From Acidobacteriota bacterium (GTDB taxonomy: Bacteria > Acidobacteriota > UBA890 > WLXD01), in contig CBDBHB010000008.1 of the NCBI GenBank assembly GCA_965205505.1, positions 64,001 through 128,000 on the forward strand: a stretch of DNA of 64,000 nt. The letters are read 5' to 3'. Shown here one piece after another: positions 37,706 to 47,651 of this stretch. The notes beneath the pieces were generated by a model. The model ran no database searches and was not told where the DNA came from. It saw nothing but the letters and a program-made list of their open reading frames with translations. Each line of letters starts with the position of its first letter. Within the stretch, counting starts at the first letter, position 1. Made by a program: the position numbers and the translations under genes.

Positions 37706-38493
37706 AGGTGAATCTTATTCGACGCCATCCAGCGCGAGTTGCTAGTGTCGCGCAGGCGCTGCATGACGCGCAGCGAGCGCGGCGTGCGGTCGAGGTGCCC
37801 GACGATGAGGACTCGGGTTATCGCGCCCAGTCCGCGCACGGCGGCCGGGTCGGGATGCTCCGCCACGAGCCTGCTGGGTGCCTCTCGCAGAATCGCCGCC
37901 AGGAGATGCCTCGCCTCCGGCGCCAGGCGGCGCCGTGCGATTACCTGTCCACAGTTGCGGCCACAGAGGAATCCCAGCGTCACATCCGATACCCAGATCT
38001 CCCCGCCAAGCTGCCGGCCGCAGTTACTACATTCCTCGACGCCGGGGAGCAAACCGGCCAGACGCAGCATCCAGACCTCGAAGTAGCGCATCAGCGCATC
38101 TGGGGCGCCATCGATCTCAAGGCAGTCGAGACAGGCACCAATCAATCGATAAAGCGTCGGTGAGGCGTCGTGCTCGGGGGCGAACCCGATGATCAGCTCG
38201 GCCAGATACGCCGCCAGCGCAGCTTCCTCGGGCTTTCCCAATGCCTCGAAGTACGAACGCTCGAGCTCGCATGACGACAAGCGACCCAGGTCGTCCTTCT
38301 CGCGCTGGAAGTAAACGATGCGCGACCTAGTAAAAGGTTCGAAGGCGCTGCCGAAACGACTCTTGATGCGTCGCGCCGACTTGGCCACGGCGCGTACCCG
38401 ACCATACTCACGGGTGAAGAAGTCGGCGATCAGATCGGCCTCTCCCAGCGGTCGCGTACGAAGCGCATATCCGCTCGCCTGCTTGATTGCCAC
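37702..38493 (-). CDS. recO: DNA repair protein RecO
   Basis: LGEAD..FFTREYG.V.AVAKSARR.KSRF..AFEPF; zinc finger CSNC...C..NC. Confidence 0.9.
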   Translation of the reverse strand: MAIKQASGYALRTRPLGEADLIADFFTREYGRVRAVAKSARRIKSRFGSAFEPFTRSRIVYFQREKDDLGRLSSCELERSYFEALGKPEEAALAAYLAELIIGFAPEHDASPTLYRLIGACLDCLEIDGAPDALMRYFEVWMLRLAGLLPGVEECSNCGRQLGGEIWVSDVTLGFLCGRNCGQVIARRRLAPEARHLLAAILREAPSRLVAEHPDPAAVRGLGAITRVLIVGHLDRTPRSLRVMQRLRDTSNSRWMASNKIHL

Positions 38494-38494
38494 G

Positions 38495-39865
38495 TCAGGA
38501 CACGACGAGGAGGCTGGCGATGCTGAAATACGCGACGATGCCCAAAACGTCGATCGCCGTCGTGACAAAAGGCCCGGTGGCGATTGCCGGGTCAACACCG
38601 AACCGCTTGAGCAGAATCGGGGTCGACGCACCGACGGTGGCGGCCAGCACCATGCACGAGACCAACGATAAGGCAACCACCGCCGCCAGCGCCGGGATCT
38701 CGGGGTTCCGAAAGTAAACCGTAATACCCAGCAAGGCCCCGAATACCAGGCCTAACGTGAGCGCCACTCGTAGCTCGCGCAGCACAGTCACCATGCGCTG
38801 CCCGGCGACCAGCCGTCCAGTGGCCATCCCGCGCACTACAATCGTCGCCGCTTGCGTACCCACGTTACCGCCCATACCGACGATGATCGGGATGAACACG
38901 GCCAGGACGATCAGTTGCGACAACATGTCCTCGAAGTGCTCGATGACCTGCGCTGCAACGATGCCGCCGATCCACGCAGCGAACAGCCACGGCAGACGTA
39001 AGAGCACGTTGCGCCACAGCGGTGCGGTCAGCACTTCTTCCTCGTCCTCGCCCACGCCGGCCATAAGCAGGATGTCCTCTGTTTCCTCCTCCCGCATGAT
39101 GTCGATGACGTCATCGACGGTAACCATACCCGTCAACTTGTTGTCGTGGTCCACGACCGGCAACGCCAGATAGTTGTAGCGCGCCACCAAGTTCGCAACC
39201 TCCTCCTGGTCGGTATCGACACTCACCGCAACCAATCGCGTTTTCATGACGTCTCTCAAGCGCTCGCTGGCGCCGCGAAGCAGCAGATCGCGCAGCGAGC
39301 ACACGCCCATCAGGTGACCATGCTCGTCGACCACGTACAGGTAGAACGCCATCTCCAGGTCCTCGGAGCGGGATTGCCGCAGCGCCTCGATGGCCTCGGC
39401 GATCTTCGAGTCCTCGTGCAGCGCGAACACCTCTGGGCTCATGATTCTGCCGGCGGTGTCCTCGTCGTAGCCGAGCAGGCCCTCGACCTCTTCGTGTCCG
39501 GTTCGCTCGAGCTGCGCGAGCACGCGCTCGGCGACATCCTCGGGTAACGCGGTTACCAGGTCAGCGGCGTCGTCGGCACCCACCTCCGACAGGATCTTGG
39601 CGATCTCGGTATCAGGCCGCCCCTGCAGTAGCCGCGCCACGTCGGAGGGCTCCAGCTCCGCCAGCACCTCGCCGGCGCGTCTTGGCGCATCGGCGAGAAC
39701 CAGGCTGAACACATCGGTACTCTCATCCTCGTCGAGTCGCCAGATCAGCCGGGCCACGTCGGCAGCATGCAGCTTGGAGACGAAATTCTCCGCGTGAGCA
39801 CGCGCGCCGCGGTGCAGTAATCTCCGCAACGGCTGCACCATCAGACTGACGCGTTGGTGATGCAT
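38495..39865 (-). CDS. mgtE: Magnesium transporter MgtE
   Basis: ADDAAD, TAGRIM, CBS pair, RLPWL, GMGGNVGTQ, DPAIATGPFVTTAID. Confidence 0.95.
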   Translation of the reverse strand: MHHQRVSLMVQPLRRLLHRGARAHAENFVSKLHAADVARLIWRLDEDESTDVFSLVLADAPRRAGEVLAELEPSDVARLLQGRPDTEIAKILSEVGADDAADLVTALPEDVAERVLAQLERTGHEEVEGLLGYDEDTAGRIMSPEVFALHEDSKIAEAIEALRQSRSEDLEMAFYLYVVDEHGHLMGVCSLRDLLLRGASERLRDVMKTRLVAVSVDTDQEEVANLVARYNYLALPVVDHDNKLTGMVTVDDVIDIMREEETEDILLMAGVGEDEEEVLTAPLWRNVLLRLPWLFAAWIGGIVAAQVIEHFEDMLSQLIVLAVFIPIIVGMGGNVGTQAATIVVRGMATGRLVAGQRMVTVLRELRVALTLGLVFGALLGITVYFRNPEIPALAAVVALSLVSCMVLAATVGASTPILLKRFGVDPAIATGPFVTTAIDVLGIVAYFSIASLLVVS

Positions 39866-40791
39866 CAGGTGATCTCCATCTCGTCGAGCAACCGGGCCTG
39901 CTGCCTCCATTCCGGCTTCACCTTGACCCATAGCTCGAGCACCACGTGCCGACCGATGAGCTCCTCGATCTGACGGCGAGCCGCCGTGCCTACCCGGCGC
40001 AACATCGATCCGCCCTTGCCGATAACGATGGGTTTCTGCCCGTCGCGCTCAACGTAGATCGTAGCGCCGATCTGGACAGTACTCTCACCATCATCGCTCT
40101 CCTCCCAGCGATCTACGGTCACCGCCGTCGTGTAGGGGAGCTCCTCGCGAGTACGGTGCAAGAGCTCCTCGCGCACCATCTCTGCGACCATGAAGCGCGC
40201 CGATCGATCCGTAGTGGTTTCGTCGGGATACAGCAACGGACCCGGCGGAAGGTGACGAAAAACGGCGTCTAGGAACGCGTCCAAGTTGTCGCCCGCGACA
40301 GCAGAGATCGGGATGATATCGGCAAAATCGTGCCGCCGTTGGAACCAGTCGATGGTCGGGAGCAACTGTGGCTTCGCGATGCGATCGATCTTGTTGAGTA
40401 GCAGAACGGTCGGAGCAGCGACGGTGCCCAGAGTGTCTATGAGATAGTCGATGCCGCCGCCTCGCCGCTCGCTGGCATCGACGATCACTGCTACCAGATC
40501 GACGTTGAGCATCGCCTGGCGAGTCGCTCGCATCATGCGACGGTTCATACGGTAGTGGGGGCGGTGCACCCCCGGCGTATCCACGAATACCGCCTGACCG
40601 CGATCCTCCGTCAGAACCCCGCTGATGCGATGCCGCGTAGTTTGCGGCTTGTTCGACACAATGGAGATCTTGGTGCCGACCAGCCGGTTCAGCAGAGTCG
40701 ACTTGCCGGCGTTGGGCCGCCCGACGAGGGTTACCGTGCCGCATCGAAACCCATCAACCGGGGACGTAGTATCGGAAACTATAGTGTCCAT
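39865..40791 (-). CDS. era: GTPase Era
   Basis: GRPNAGKSTL, KPQTTR, DTPG, NKID, EELPY, KH domain IVIGKGG. Confidence 0.95.
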   Translation of the reverse strand: MDTIVSDTTSPVDGFRCGTVTLVGRPNAGKSTLLNRLVGTKISIVSNKPQTTRHRISGVLTEDRGQAVFVDTPGVHRPHYRMNRRMMRATRQAMLNVDLVAVIVDASERRGGGIDYLIDTLGTVAAPTVLLLNKIDRIAKPQLLPTIDWFQRRHDFADIIPISAVAGDNLDAFLDAVFRHLPPGPLLYPDETTTDRSARFMVAEMVREELLHRTREELPYTTAVTVDRWEESDDGESTVQIGATIYVERDGQKPIVIGKGGSMLRRVGTAARRQIEELIGRHVVLELWVKVKPEWRQQARLLDEMEIT

Positions 40792-40824
40792 GAAAATCCG
40801 GTGTTCTCAACGCCGTCGGCTAGC

Positions 40825-42051
40825 TCAGAGTGTCGTGATGCGAATCCGGTGAATGCGCCGTTCGTCGGCGTCGAGGACCTCGATATGTAGACCCTCGAAG
40901 TCGAAGCGCTCCCCGGCTTCGGGGACGCGGCCGAGGTGTGTGAAGACCATACCGCCGATGGTATGGAACTCGCCCTCTCGTATGGGGCGGCCAATGGCCT
41001 CTTCAACATCCTCGATCTCGGCCTTCCCGGCAACGATCGCACCGTCGGCGCGGATCTCGACCAGCCGCTCCTCGGGCTCATCCTCATCCTGGATCTCACC
41101 GACGATCTCCTCGAGCACGTCCTCGAGCGTGGCCAGACCGGCCGTCCCTCCGTACTCGTCGACGACGATCGCCATTTGCTCCCGTCGATGCTGAAACTCG
41201 GCCAGCAACTCGTTGACGTGTTTGCTCTCGGGAACGAAGAAAGCTGGGCGCGCGATGCTGGTTACGGGCTCTTCGTCGAGCTGGCCCTGGAGCGCGGTAA
41301 GGAGGTCCTTCAGGTTCACCAGCCCGACGATGTTGTCCAGATCATCGGTGACGACGGGAATACGTGAGAATCGGTGCTCCGCGATCAGCCGCCGTAGTTG
41401 GACAAGGCTCTCCTTGGCGTCGATGGCGATCACGTCGACGCGCGGTGTCATCACCTCGCGGACAATTGTCTCATCGAAGTCGGCCACGCCACGCAGTAGC
41501 GCTTCCTCGGACTCGCTGACCAAACCCTCTTCTTCCGCCAGGTCCAGGAATGCCCCCAGGTCGTCGCGCTCCGCATCATCCGTGTTGGCCAGGTTGCGAG
41601 CTCGGGCGCGGTCAGCCGTACGCGAGAGATAGGCCGCGAGGGGACCGAACACGAGCCGCACCAAACGGGACCACGGCGCGCCGGCCCGGAGCACCCGGTC
41701 TGAGCCGACAAGCGCGACTAGCCAATAGGGCAGCAGCTTGTCGACGATCAGATATGCCGCGATGGTGACAACCAGCGGGGCGACCAGCCATGGCTGCCAC
41801 GCATGGCGCACGCCATGCACGGCAATCTGTACCGACAGGCCGACCAGCAGCAACTGCCGGGCCACGCCCATCGACACGAACGCGATTTCGACCGCCGAAG
41901 ATCCCACCTCGTCGACCTCGTCGGCCAGGGTTCCACTGGCCCATTCGCGCCGTTGCAAACGGCTCAGGCTGCGTCCGGCGACGGTCACTGCCGCGGAGAT
42001 CGCCAAGAGCACGCCGGTCCCGATGAGCGCAGCGACCTCCCCAGCTGTCAT
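40825..42051 (-). CDS. CNNM/CorC (hemolysin-family) CBS-domain protein
   Basis: N-terminal TM helices, VREVMTPR, FSRIPV, FVPESK, VVDEYGGTAGLATLED, CorC C-terminus. Confidence 0.9.
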   Translation of the reverse strand: MTAGEVAALIGTGVLLAISAAVTVAGRSLSRLQRREWASGTLADEVDEVGSSAVEIAFVSMGVARQLLLVGLSVQIAVHGVRHAWQPWLVAPLVVTIAAYLIVDKLLPYWLVALVGSDRVLRAGAPWSRLVRLVFGPLAAYLSRTADRARARNLANTDDAERDDLGAFLDLAEEEGLVSESEEALLRGVADFDETIVREVMTPRVDVIAIDAKESLVQLRRLIAEHRFSRIPVVTDDLDNIVGLVNLKDLLTALQGQLDEEPVTSIARPAFFVPESKHVNELLAEFQHRREQMAIVVDEYGGTAGLATLEDVLEEIVGEIQDEDEPEERLVEIRADGAIVAGKAEIEDVEEAIGRPIREGEFHTIGGMVFTHLGRVPEAGERFDFEGLHIEVLDADERRIHRIRITTL

Positions 42052-42515
42052 GTTGGTGTCCCTGCAGACACGCACCGCGGGCGCAAAGCGCGCTCCAGCC
42101 GCGACATCGTGCCGCCGTCGCTCGTGTGGTCGTATCCGAACAGATGCAACACCCCGTGCAGCGCCAACACGTTCAGCTCGTAGAGGTACGGATGACCGAG
42201 CTCCCGAGCCTGACGGGCCGCCTGGTCGGTACAAATCATCACATCGCCCCAATACTCTGGGTCGCCCGCATCTGGCCGCATCGCCTTCGTGTCCAGCAGC
42301 GCTCCATCGTTCACCGGAAACGACAGCACGTCAGTGGTGGTGTCCTTGCCGATGAACCGGCCGTGATGATCAGTCATGAGCGCATCGTCCACGAATGCGA
42401 AGGCGATTGTTCCCGTGCCCCGGTCGCCGCAAGCGCGGGCGACTTCCGCCACCCGGCGGAGATTCGATGCCGCCAGCACCGGTCGAAGCTGATAGTTCCG
42501 CACGACTACGTTCAA
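42048..42515 (-). CDS. ybeY: rRNA maturation endoribonuclease YbeY
   Basis: TDVLSF, GDVMI, HGVLHLFGYDH. Confidence 0.93.
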   Translation of the reverse strand: MNVVVRNYQLRPVLAASNLRRVAEVARACGDRGTGTIAFAFVDDALMTDHHGRFIGKDTTTDVLSFPVNDGALLDTKAMRPDAGDPEYWGDVMICTDQAARQARELGHPYLYELNVLALHGVLHLFGYDHTSDGGTMSRLERALRPRCVSAGTPT

Positions 42516-44833
42516 TTGGACGCCGCCGGCGCGCGGGATTGGACGTCAGCCGGGCCTGCCGCCTCCGAGTCCAATGGCTCGGCAGGCTCCGAGCGGTCCT
42601 CGGGGTATTCGATCCGATAGTGGTGCATGCCCGACAGTACCCCGACGAACGCCTCGGTGACCTTCGACAGATCGGCGAGGGTCATGTCGCACTCGTCGAG
42701 CTGGCCGTCATCAAGGATGTCGCGAACGTTCTTGCGAATCATCTCACGGAGCTTGACCTCGGTCGGCTCGTCGATGAGGCGTGACATCGCCTCTACCCCG
42801 TCGGCGAGCATGATGAGCGCCGCCTCCCTGCTTTGCGGTCTCGGCCCCGGGTAGCGGAAGTCCTCTTCGCGCACCTGGCTCCTTTCGTCCCCTGCCTGTT
42901 GCTTGGCGCGTTCGTGGAAATAATGCATGCATCTCGTGCCATGGTGCTGCGGCACGATGTCGATGAGTGGCTGCGGCAGCCGGTGCTCCCTGGCGTACGC
43001 GATACCGTCTTTGACGTGGCGTACGAGGATGAGGGCGCTCATGTGTGGCGCCAGCCCATCGTGCGGGTTCCGCCCATCCTTTTGATTCTCGACGAAGTAC
43101 TCCGGCTGACGCATCTTCCCGACGTCGTGGTAGTAGGCTGCGACGCGCGCGAACAGCGGGTTGGCTCCGATCGCCTCCGCAGCTTTTTCGGCCAGCGTGC
43201 CAACAACAACACTGTGGTGATAGGTCCCTGGAGCAACGACCGCCAGCTGTTTGAGCAACGGCAGGTTCATGTTCGACAGCTCGAGAAGCTTGATGTCGGT
43301 GAGCGTGTTGAATACGGATTCGAGCGGTGGCAAGACAGCCATCGCCAGCACCGCGACCTGGATACCACCGAATAGCGCCAAGGCGCCCTCGAAACCGGTG
43401 AGTGACCAGGGAGGCGCTGGCTGGGCCAGCAGTGCGAAGCCGAGTACGACCAGAACGTTGACCAGGCCGACCACCACGACCGTCCGCGCCATGGCCGTCC
43501 GCTGGCTGTACCGCACCAGCGCGAACACCGCGGCGAACGAGCTCAGCAACGCATACAGCGCCAGCTCCAGACTGCTCGTCATGACGCCCAAGATCACCGC
43601 CTGAACCGCCGCATAAATCCACGCCACATCGGCGTCAACGAGTAGCACCACCAGCAGCGCGCCGGCGGCTACCGGCAACGCGTAGGGATAAGCCTCCGCC
43701 ACGTTGTAGGGGGCCTGGGCAAATGAACGCGCTACGGCATCGCCGACAAACAGCAGGATGCGTGTGGCCATTGTCGAGCCCACGAGCAGCACCAACAGCA
43801 GGTGATGCAACCTCGCGACCCGAATCACACGATTCCGGCGCCGGTAGTAGCGCACGTAGCGCCACATTGCGACGACTGCCAACCCCACCAGCAACAGAAT
43901 GCCCCCGGTCGCCGTACGAGACCCGCCCGGCGCCCCTTGCTGTCGGAAGGCTGCCAGCTCGCGGAGCACGCGATCGGTAACGGCATCGCCCTCACGGGCG
44001 ATGGTGCGACCCCTCTTCACCTGATAGAAGACCTGGTCGACAGCACTGGCAGCGCCCTGTCTACGCGACTGTGTCTCGTTGCTGTTGTACGTCAGGTTCG
44101 GCCGCAGCAGCTGGCCGAGCAGCGCCGCCAGCCCCTCTTCCATTGCGACATCGACGTCGAGCGTCTCCATCGCCTGACGTCGTATACGACCGCGGGCAGT
44201 TTCGAGGTCGACAATATTGCTCAAGTCGTCGAGCACACGCTCTTGCTGATCGGCGATGTCCCGTATGCGAATGGCGTTGTTACGGCCAAAGCTCAGCACC
44301 TGCGTCGTGCCGAGTAACGAGTGCTGCACCTGGTTTCGAAGCAGCCTCTCCGCCGCCAGCTCGGTTTCGGCGGTGAAGCCTTCGTCCCAGGCGATGCCGA
44401 CGAGATCGTCGGGCAGCATCAACCCCACGAGCGCGTCCGCCTCCGAGGTCACCTGCGTGCCACGATCGCGCTCCAGCTCTGACCAGGGACCAGCATCGAG
44501 AACCTGCTCGCGACCCCAGGCAAACAAAGCATTCAACGATGCCACCGGCTCGCGCCACGCGAACGGATCGAAGTCGTAGACGTCGAGCACAGCGGCACGC
44601 GCTTCGTCGCGCCTACGCCCGGTAGACTCCGGGTCTGGCACGCGCAGCTCGATCGGCGCCGCAATGTCGGCCTCCACTACATCGCCGGCCGAGTAGTCGT
44701 AGGTGCGGATGCTCTGCTGGCCGCTGATCAGAAACACGATGGCCAGACCGGCGATCACGGACCAGAGATGTTCGCGATCCAACAAGCTCTCGAGCTGACC
44801 GGCTTTGCGCGTTCGGCCGGTCCCCTCAGTCAT
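42512..44833 (-). CDS. 7TM-HD membrane phosphohydrolase (PgpH-like, putative cyclic-dinucleotide phosphodiesterase)
   Basis: Extracytoplasmic domain, multiple TM helices, then LLELSN...APGTYHHS, YYHDVGK, YFVENQ, QHHGT, FRYPGPRP, MLADGVEA, HYRIEYP. Confidence 0.88.
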   Translation of the reverse strand: MTEGTGRTRKAGQLESLLDREHLWSVIAGLAIVFLISGQQSIRTYDYSAGDVVEADIAAPIELRVPDPESTGRRRDEARAAVLDVYDFDPFAWREPVASLNALFAWGREQVLDAGPWSELERDRGTQVTSEADALVGLMLPDDLVGIAWDEGFTAETELAAERLLRNQVQHSLLGTTQVLSFGRNNAIRIRDIADQQERVLDDLSNIVDLETARGRIRRQAMETLDVDVAMEEGLAALLGQLLRPNLTYNSNETQSRRQGAASAVDQVFYQVKRGRTIAREGDAVTDRVLRELAAFRQQGAPGGSRTATGGILLLVGLAVVAMWRYVRYYRRRNRVIRVARLHHLLLVLLVGSTMATRILLFVGDAVARSFAQAPYNVAEAYPYALPVAAGALLVVLLVDADVAWIYAAVQAVILGVMTSSLELALYALLSSFAAVFALVRYSQRTAMARTVVVVGLVNVLVVLGFALLAQPAPPWSLTGFEGALALFGGIQVAVLAMAVLPPLESVFNTLTDIKLLELSNMNLPLLKQLAVVAPGTYHHSVVVGTLAEKAAEAIGANPLFARVAAYYHDVGKMRQPEYFVENQKDGRNPHDGLAPHMSALILVRHVKDGIAYAREHRLPQPLIDIVPQHHGTRCMHYFHERAKQQAGDERSQVREEDFRYPGPRPQSREAALIMLADGVEAMSRLIDEPTEVKLREMIRKNVRDILDDGQLDECDMTLADLSKVTEAFVGVLSGMHHYRIEYPEDRSEPAEPLDSEAAGPADVQSRAPAASN

Positions 44834-45842
44834 GTCGGCCTTTCGACAAACTGGAACCGCCCTTACTATTCCGCTGATCGTGTGTCTCGTACGCTCGGAC
44901 GATTTGTTTGACCAGCTCGTGGCGCACCACATCACCGCGACTGAACTCGACGTGGGCGATGCCCTCGATTCCAGCAAGCACTTCACGCGCCTCGACGAGA
45001 CCGGAGAGCTGATCACCGCGCAGATCCGTCTGGGTCACGTCGCCGTTGACCACCGCGCGCGAGTTCAGCCCGAGGCGAGTCAGCAACATCTTCATCTGCT
45101 CTGGCGTGGTGTTCTGTGCCTCGTCGAGAATTACGAAGGCATCGGACAGCGTGCGGCCGCGCATGAAAGCCAGCGGCGCGATCTCGATCTGATCCCGCTC
45201 GATCAGGCGATTGGCTCGATCGAAGCCGACCAACGAGTAGAGGGCATCGTAGAGTGGACGCAGATACGGGTTGACCTTCTCGATCATGTCGCCCGGAAGA
45301 AACCCCAACCGCTCGCCCGCCTCGATGGCGGGTCGCGCCAGTACGATGCGGCGTACACGGCGCATGTTGAGCGCCTCGATCGCCATGGCCATCGCCAGGA
45401 ACGTCTTACCAGTGCCGGCCGGCCCCACCGCGAAGACGAGATCATGCGTCCGAATCGCCTCCAGGTAGAGCCTCTGGTTCGGCCCCTTGGGTCGGACCGA
45501 GCGCCCCTTGTACGTCGGAATCTCGATATCGGTGAAGAAGTCCTCGAGCGATAGCTCCGGCTGTTCGGTCGCCACCTGGATCGCCGTTCGAACTTCCGCG
45601 GCTTTGATCTCGTGGCCTCGTTCCGCCAGTCGGCCGAGTGTCGTCAAGATGCGAGCTGCGGTCTCGACGCGCTCGGAATCGCCTTCGAGAAATATGTCCT
45701 GATCGCGCGCCGAGATCTGCACCCCGAGCTCCTGCTCGAGCAGTTGCAGGTTCTCGTCGTGGATGCCGAAGAGCGCCTGAGCGGCGCGCTCTGCAAGCTC
45801 GATCCGGCGTCCGGGCTCGGCGCGCAGCTTACCCTGCGTCAT
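44826..45842 (-). CDS. PhoH family ATPase
   Basis: GPAGTGKT, RPAIEAGERLGFLPGD, PLAFMRGRT, DEAQN, GDVTQ.D, VVRH. Confidence 0.93.
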   Translation of the reverse strand: MTQGKLRAEPGRRIELAERAAQALFGIHDENLQLLEQELGVQISARDQDIFLEGDSERVETAARILTTLGRLAERGHEIKAAEVRTAIQVATEQPELSLEDFFTDIEIPTYKGRSVRPKGPNQRLYLEAIRTHDLVFAVGPAGTGKTFLAMAMAIEALNMRRVRRIVLARPAIEAGERLGFLPGDMIEKVNPYLRPLYDALYSLVGFDRANRLIERDQIEIAPLAFMRGRTLSDAFVILDEAQNTTPEQMKMLLTRLGLNSRAVVNGDVTQTDLRGDQLSGLVEAREVLAGIEGIAHVEFSRGDVVRHELVKQIVRAYETHDQRNSKGGSSLSKGRHD

Positions 45843-47622
45843 CCGGCCCACCTCCGGCTACGGCGGTCGGTAGCCCCCGCACGCATATGTGTAACTCCTC
45901 GAGTTGCTCGTCAGAAGCCGGCCCGGGTGCCTCGGTCAGCAGGTCCGAGGCGCGTGTCGTCTTGGGAAACGCGATCACCTCTCGCAAGCTGTTCCTGCCA
46001 GCCATCATCATCACGATACGATCGAACCCCAGGGCAACGCCACCGTGGGGGGGTGCCCCGTAGCGGAGCGCACGGAGCAAGAAACCAAACTTCTCCTTGG
46101 CCTCGTTCTCATCGATGCCGAGCACAGCAAACACGCGCTCCTGAAGATCGCCATGATGAATTCTGATGCTGCCACCGCCCAGCTCAACACCGTTGAGCAC
46201 CAAATCGTATGACTGCGCCTTGACCGACAGCGGATCGCTTTCGAGCAAATCGACGTCCTGCTCCACCGGCGCCGTGAATGGATGATGACGCGCGGCCAGT
46301 CGACCGGCGTCGCCAGCAGCCTCCAGAAGCGGGAACTCGTTGACCCAGAGAAAGCGCAGCCCGGGGCCAACCCAACCCTCGGACTTGGCCAACGATATAC
46401 GCAAGGTCCCGAGGGTCGTAGCGGCCACTTCCCACTCGTCGCCGACCATCACCACTGCATCCCCGTTCTCGAGCGCCGCGACGTCGGCCACCGACTCCAA
46501 AAGGCCGGCCTCGAGAAACTTCGCGATCGGTGAGCTGACCTCGCCGTCGGCCCGCTTGGCCCAAACCAGGCCCTTGGCACCGCACTCCCGCGCACGCTCG
46601 GTAAGCTTGTCGAAACGAGCCCGCCCCCAGCTCGCCGCACCCGGGATACGCAACGCCTTGACCGCTCCGCCGCCGGAAGCCACATCGGCGAAAGCGCGAA
46701 AGCCGCGGTCGGCAAAATGTTCCGTAACGTCGACGAGCTCGTATCCGTACCGCATATCAGGACGATCCGAGCCGAAACGATTGATCGCCTCGCGGAATTC
46801 CAGCTGCGGGAACCCCGGTTCAACCTCGTGACCACTGATCGCCAGCAGCCGCATCATGAGCGACTCTGCAAGCACACGCACGTCGTCGGCGTCGACGAAG
46901 CTCATCTCGATATCGATCTGGGTGAACTCGGGCTGTCGATCGGCGCGCAGATCCTCATCGCGGAAGCAACGCACGATCTGAAAGTAACGATCGAACCCCG
47001 ACACCATCAGCAGCTGCTTGAACAGCTGGGGGCTCTGAGGAAGCGCGTAGAAGCAACCGGGCTGCACACGGCTAGGCACCAGATAGTCGCGCGCGCCTTC
47101 CGGAGTGGAGCGCGTCAACATCGGCGTCTCGATCTCCAGGAACCCTTGCTCATCGAGCAAATCGCGCGTCGCCATCGCCAACCGGTGTCGTAGCGCCAAC
47201 GCTTCCTGCAAGGGCGGCCGCCGCAGGTCGAGGAAGCGCTCGCGCAGGCGTAGCTCCTCCGAGGCTCTGCCGTCCTCCTCGATGAGAAACGGTGGCGTCT
47301 CGGCGGTCGACACCGTCATCACGGTTTCGACGCGGACTTCGACATCACCGTTCGGCATGGCCGGATTGACCGTATCGGCCGAGCGCTCGACGACGACGCC
47401 TCGCACCTCGACGACATACTCCGGTCGCCAATCGCCAGCAATCATGTGTGCTTCGGCTGCCTGCTCCGGGTTGAGCACACACTGGATCGACCCCGCGCGG
47501 TCACGTAGGTCGACGAATATCAGACCACCGAGGTCACGACGGTGCCAGACCCACCCCTGGAGGCATACCTGTGCTCCGACCTGCTTGCCTGAGATCTCGC
47601 CACAACGATGCGTTCTGCGCAT
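45829..47622 (-). CDS. aspS: Aspartate--tRNA ligase
   Basis: RRDLGGLIFVDLRD, STPEGARD, LPQSPQ, FRDED.RADRQPEF, HHPFT, GAPPHGG. Confidence 0.96.
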   Translation of the reverse strand: MRRTHRCGEISGKQVGAQVCLQGWVWHRRDLGGLIFVDLRDRAGSIQCVLNPEQAAEAHMIAGDWRPEYVVEVRGVVVERSADTVNPAMPNGDVEVRVETVMTVSTAETPPFLIEEDGRASEELRLRERFLDLRRPPLQEALALRHRLAMATRDLLDEQGFLEIETPMLTRSTPEGARDYLVPSRVQPGCFYALPQSPQLFKQLLMVSGFDRYFQIVRCFRDEDLRADRQPEFTQIDIEMSFVDADDVRVLAESLMMRLLAISGHEVEPGFPQLEFREAINRFGSDRPDMRYGYELVDVTEHFADRGFRAFADVASGGGAVKALRIPGAASWGRARFDKLTERARECGAKGLVWAKRADGEVSSPIAKFLEAGLLESVADVAALENGDAVVMVGDEWEVAATTLGTLRISLAKSEGWVGPGLRFLWVNEFPLLEAAGDAGRLAARHHPFTAPVEQDVDLLESDPLSVKAQSYDLVLNGVELGGGSIRIHHGDLQERVFAVLGIDENEAKEKFGFLLRALRYGAPPHGGVALGFDRIVMMMAGRNSLREVIAFPKTTRASDLLTEAPGPASDEQLEELHICVRGLPTAVAGGGPDDAG

Positions 47623-47651
47623 TCATTCCTCGCCGATGCCTGCTGCGCCGT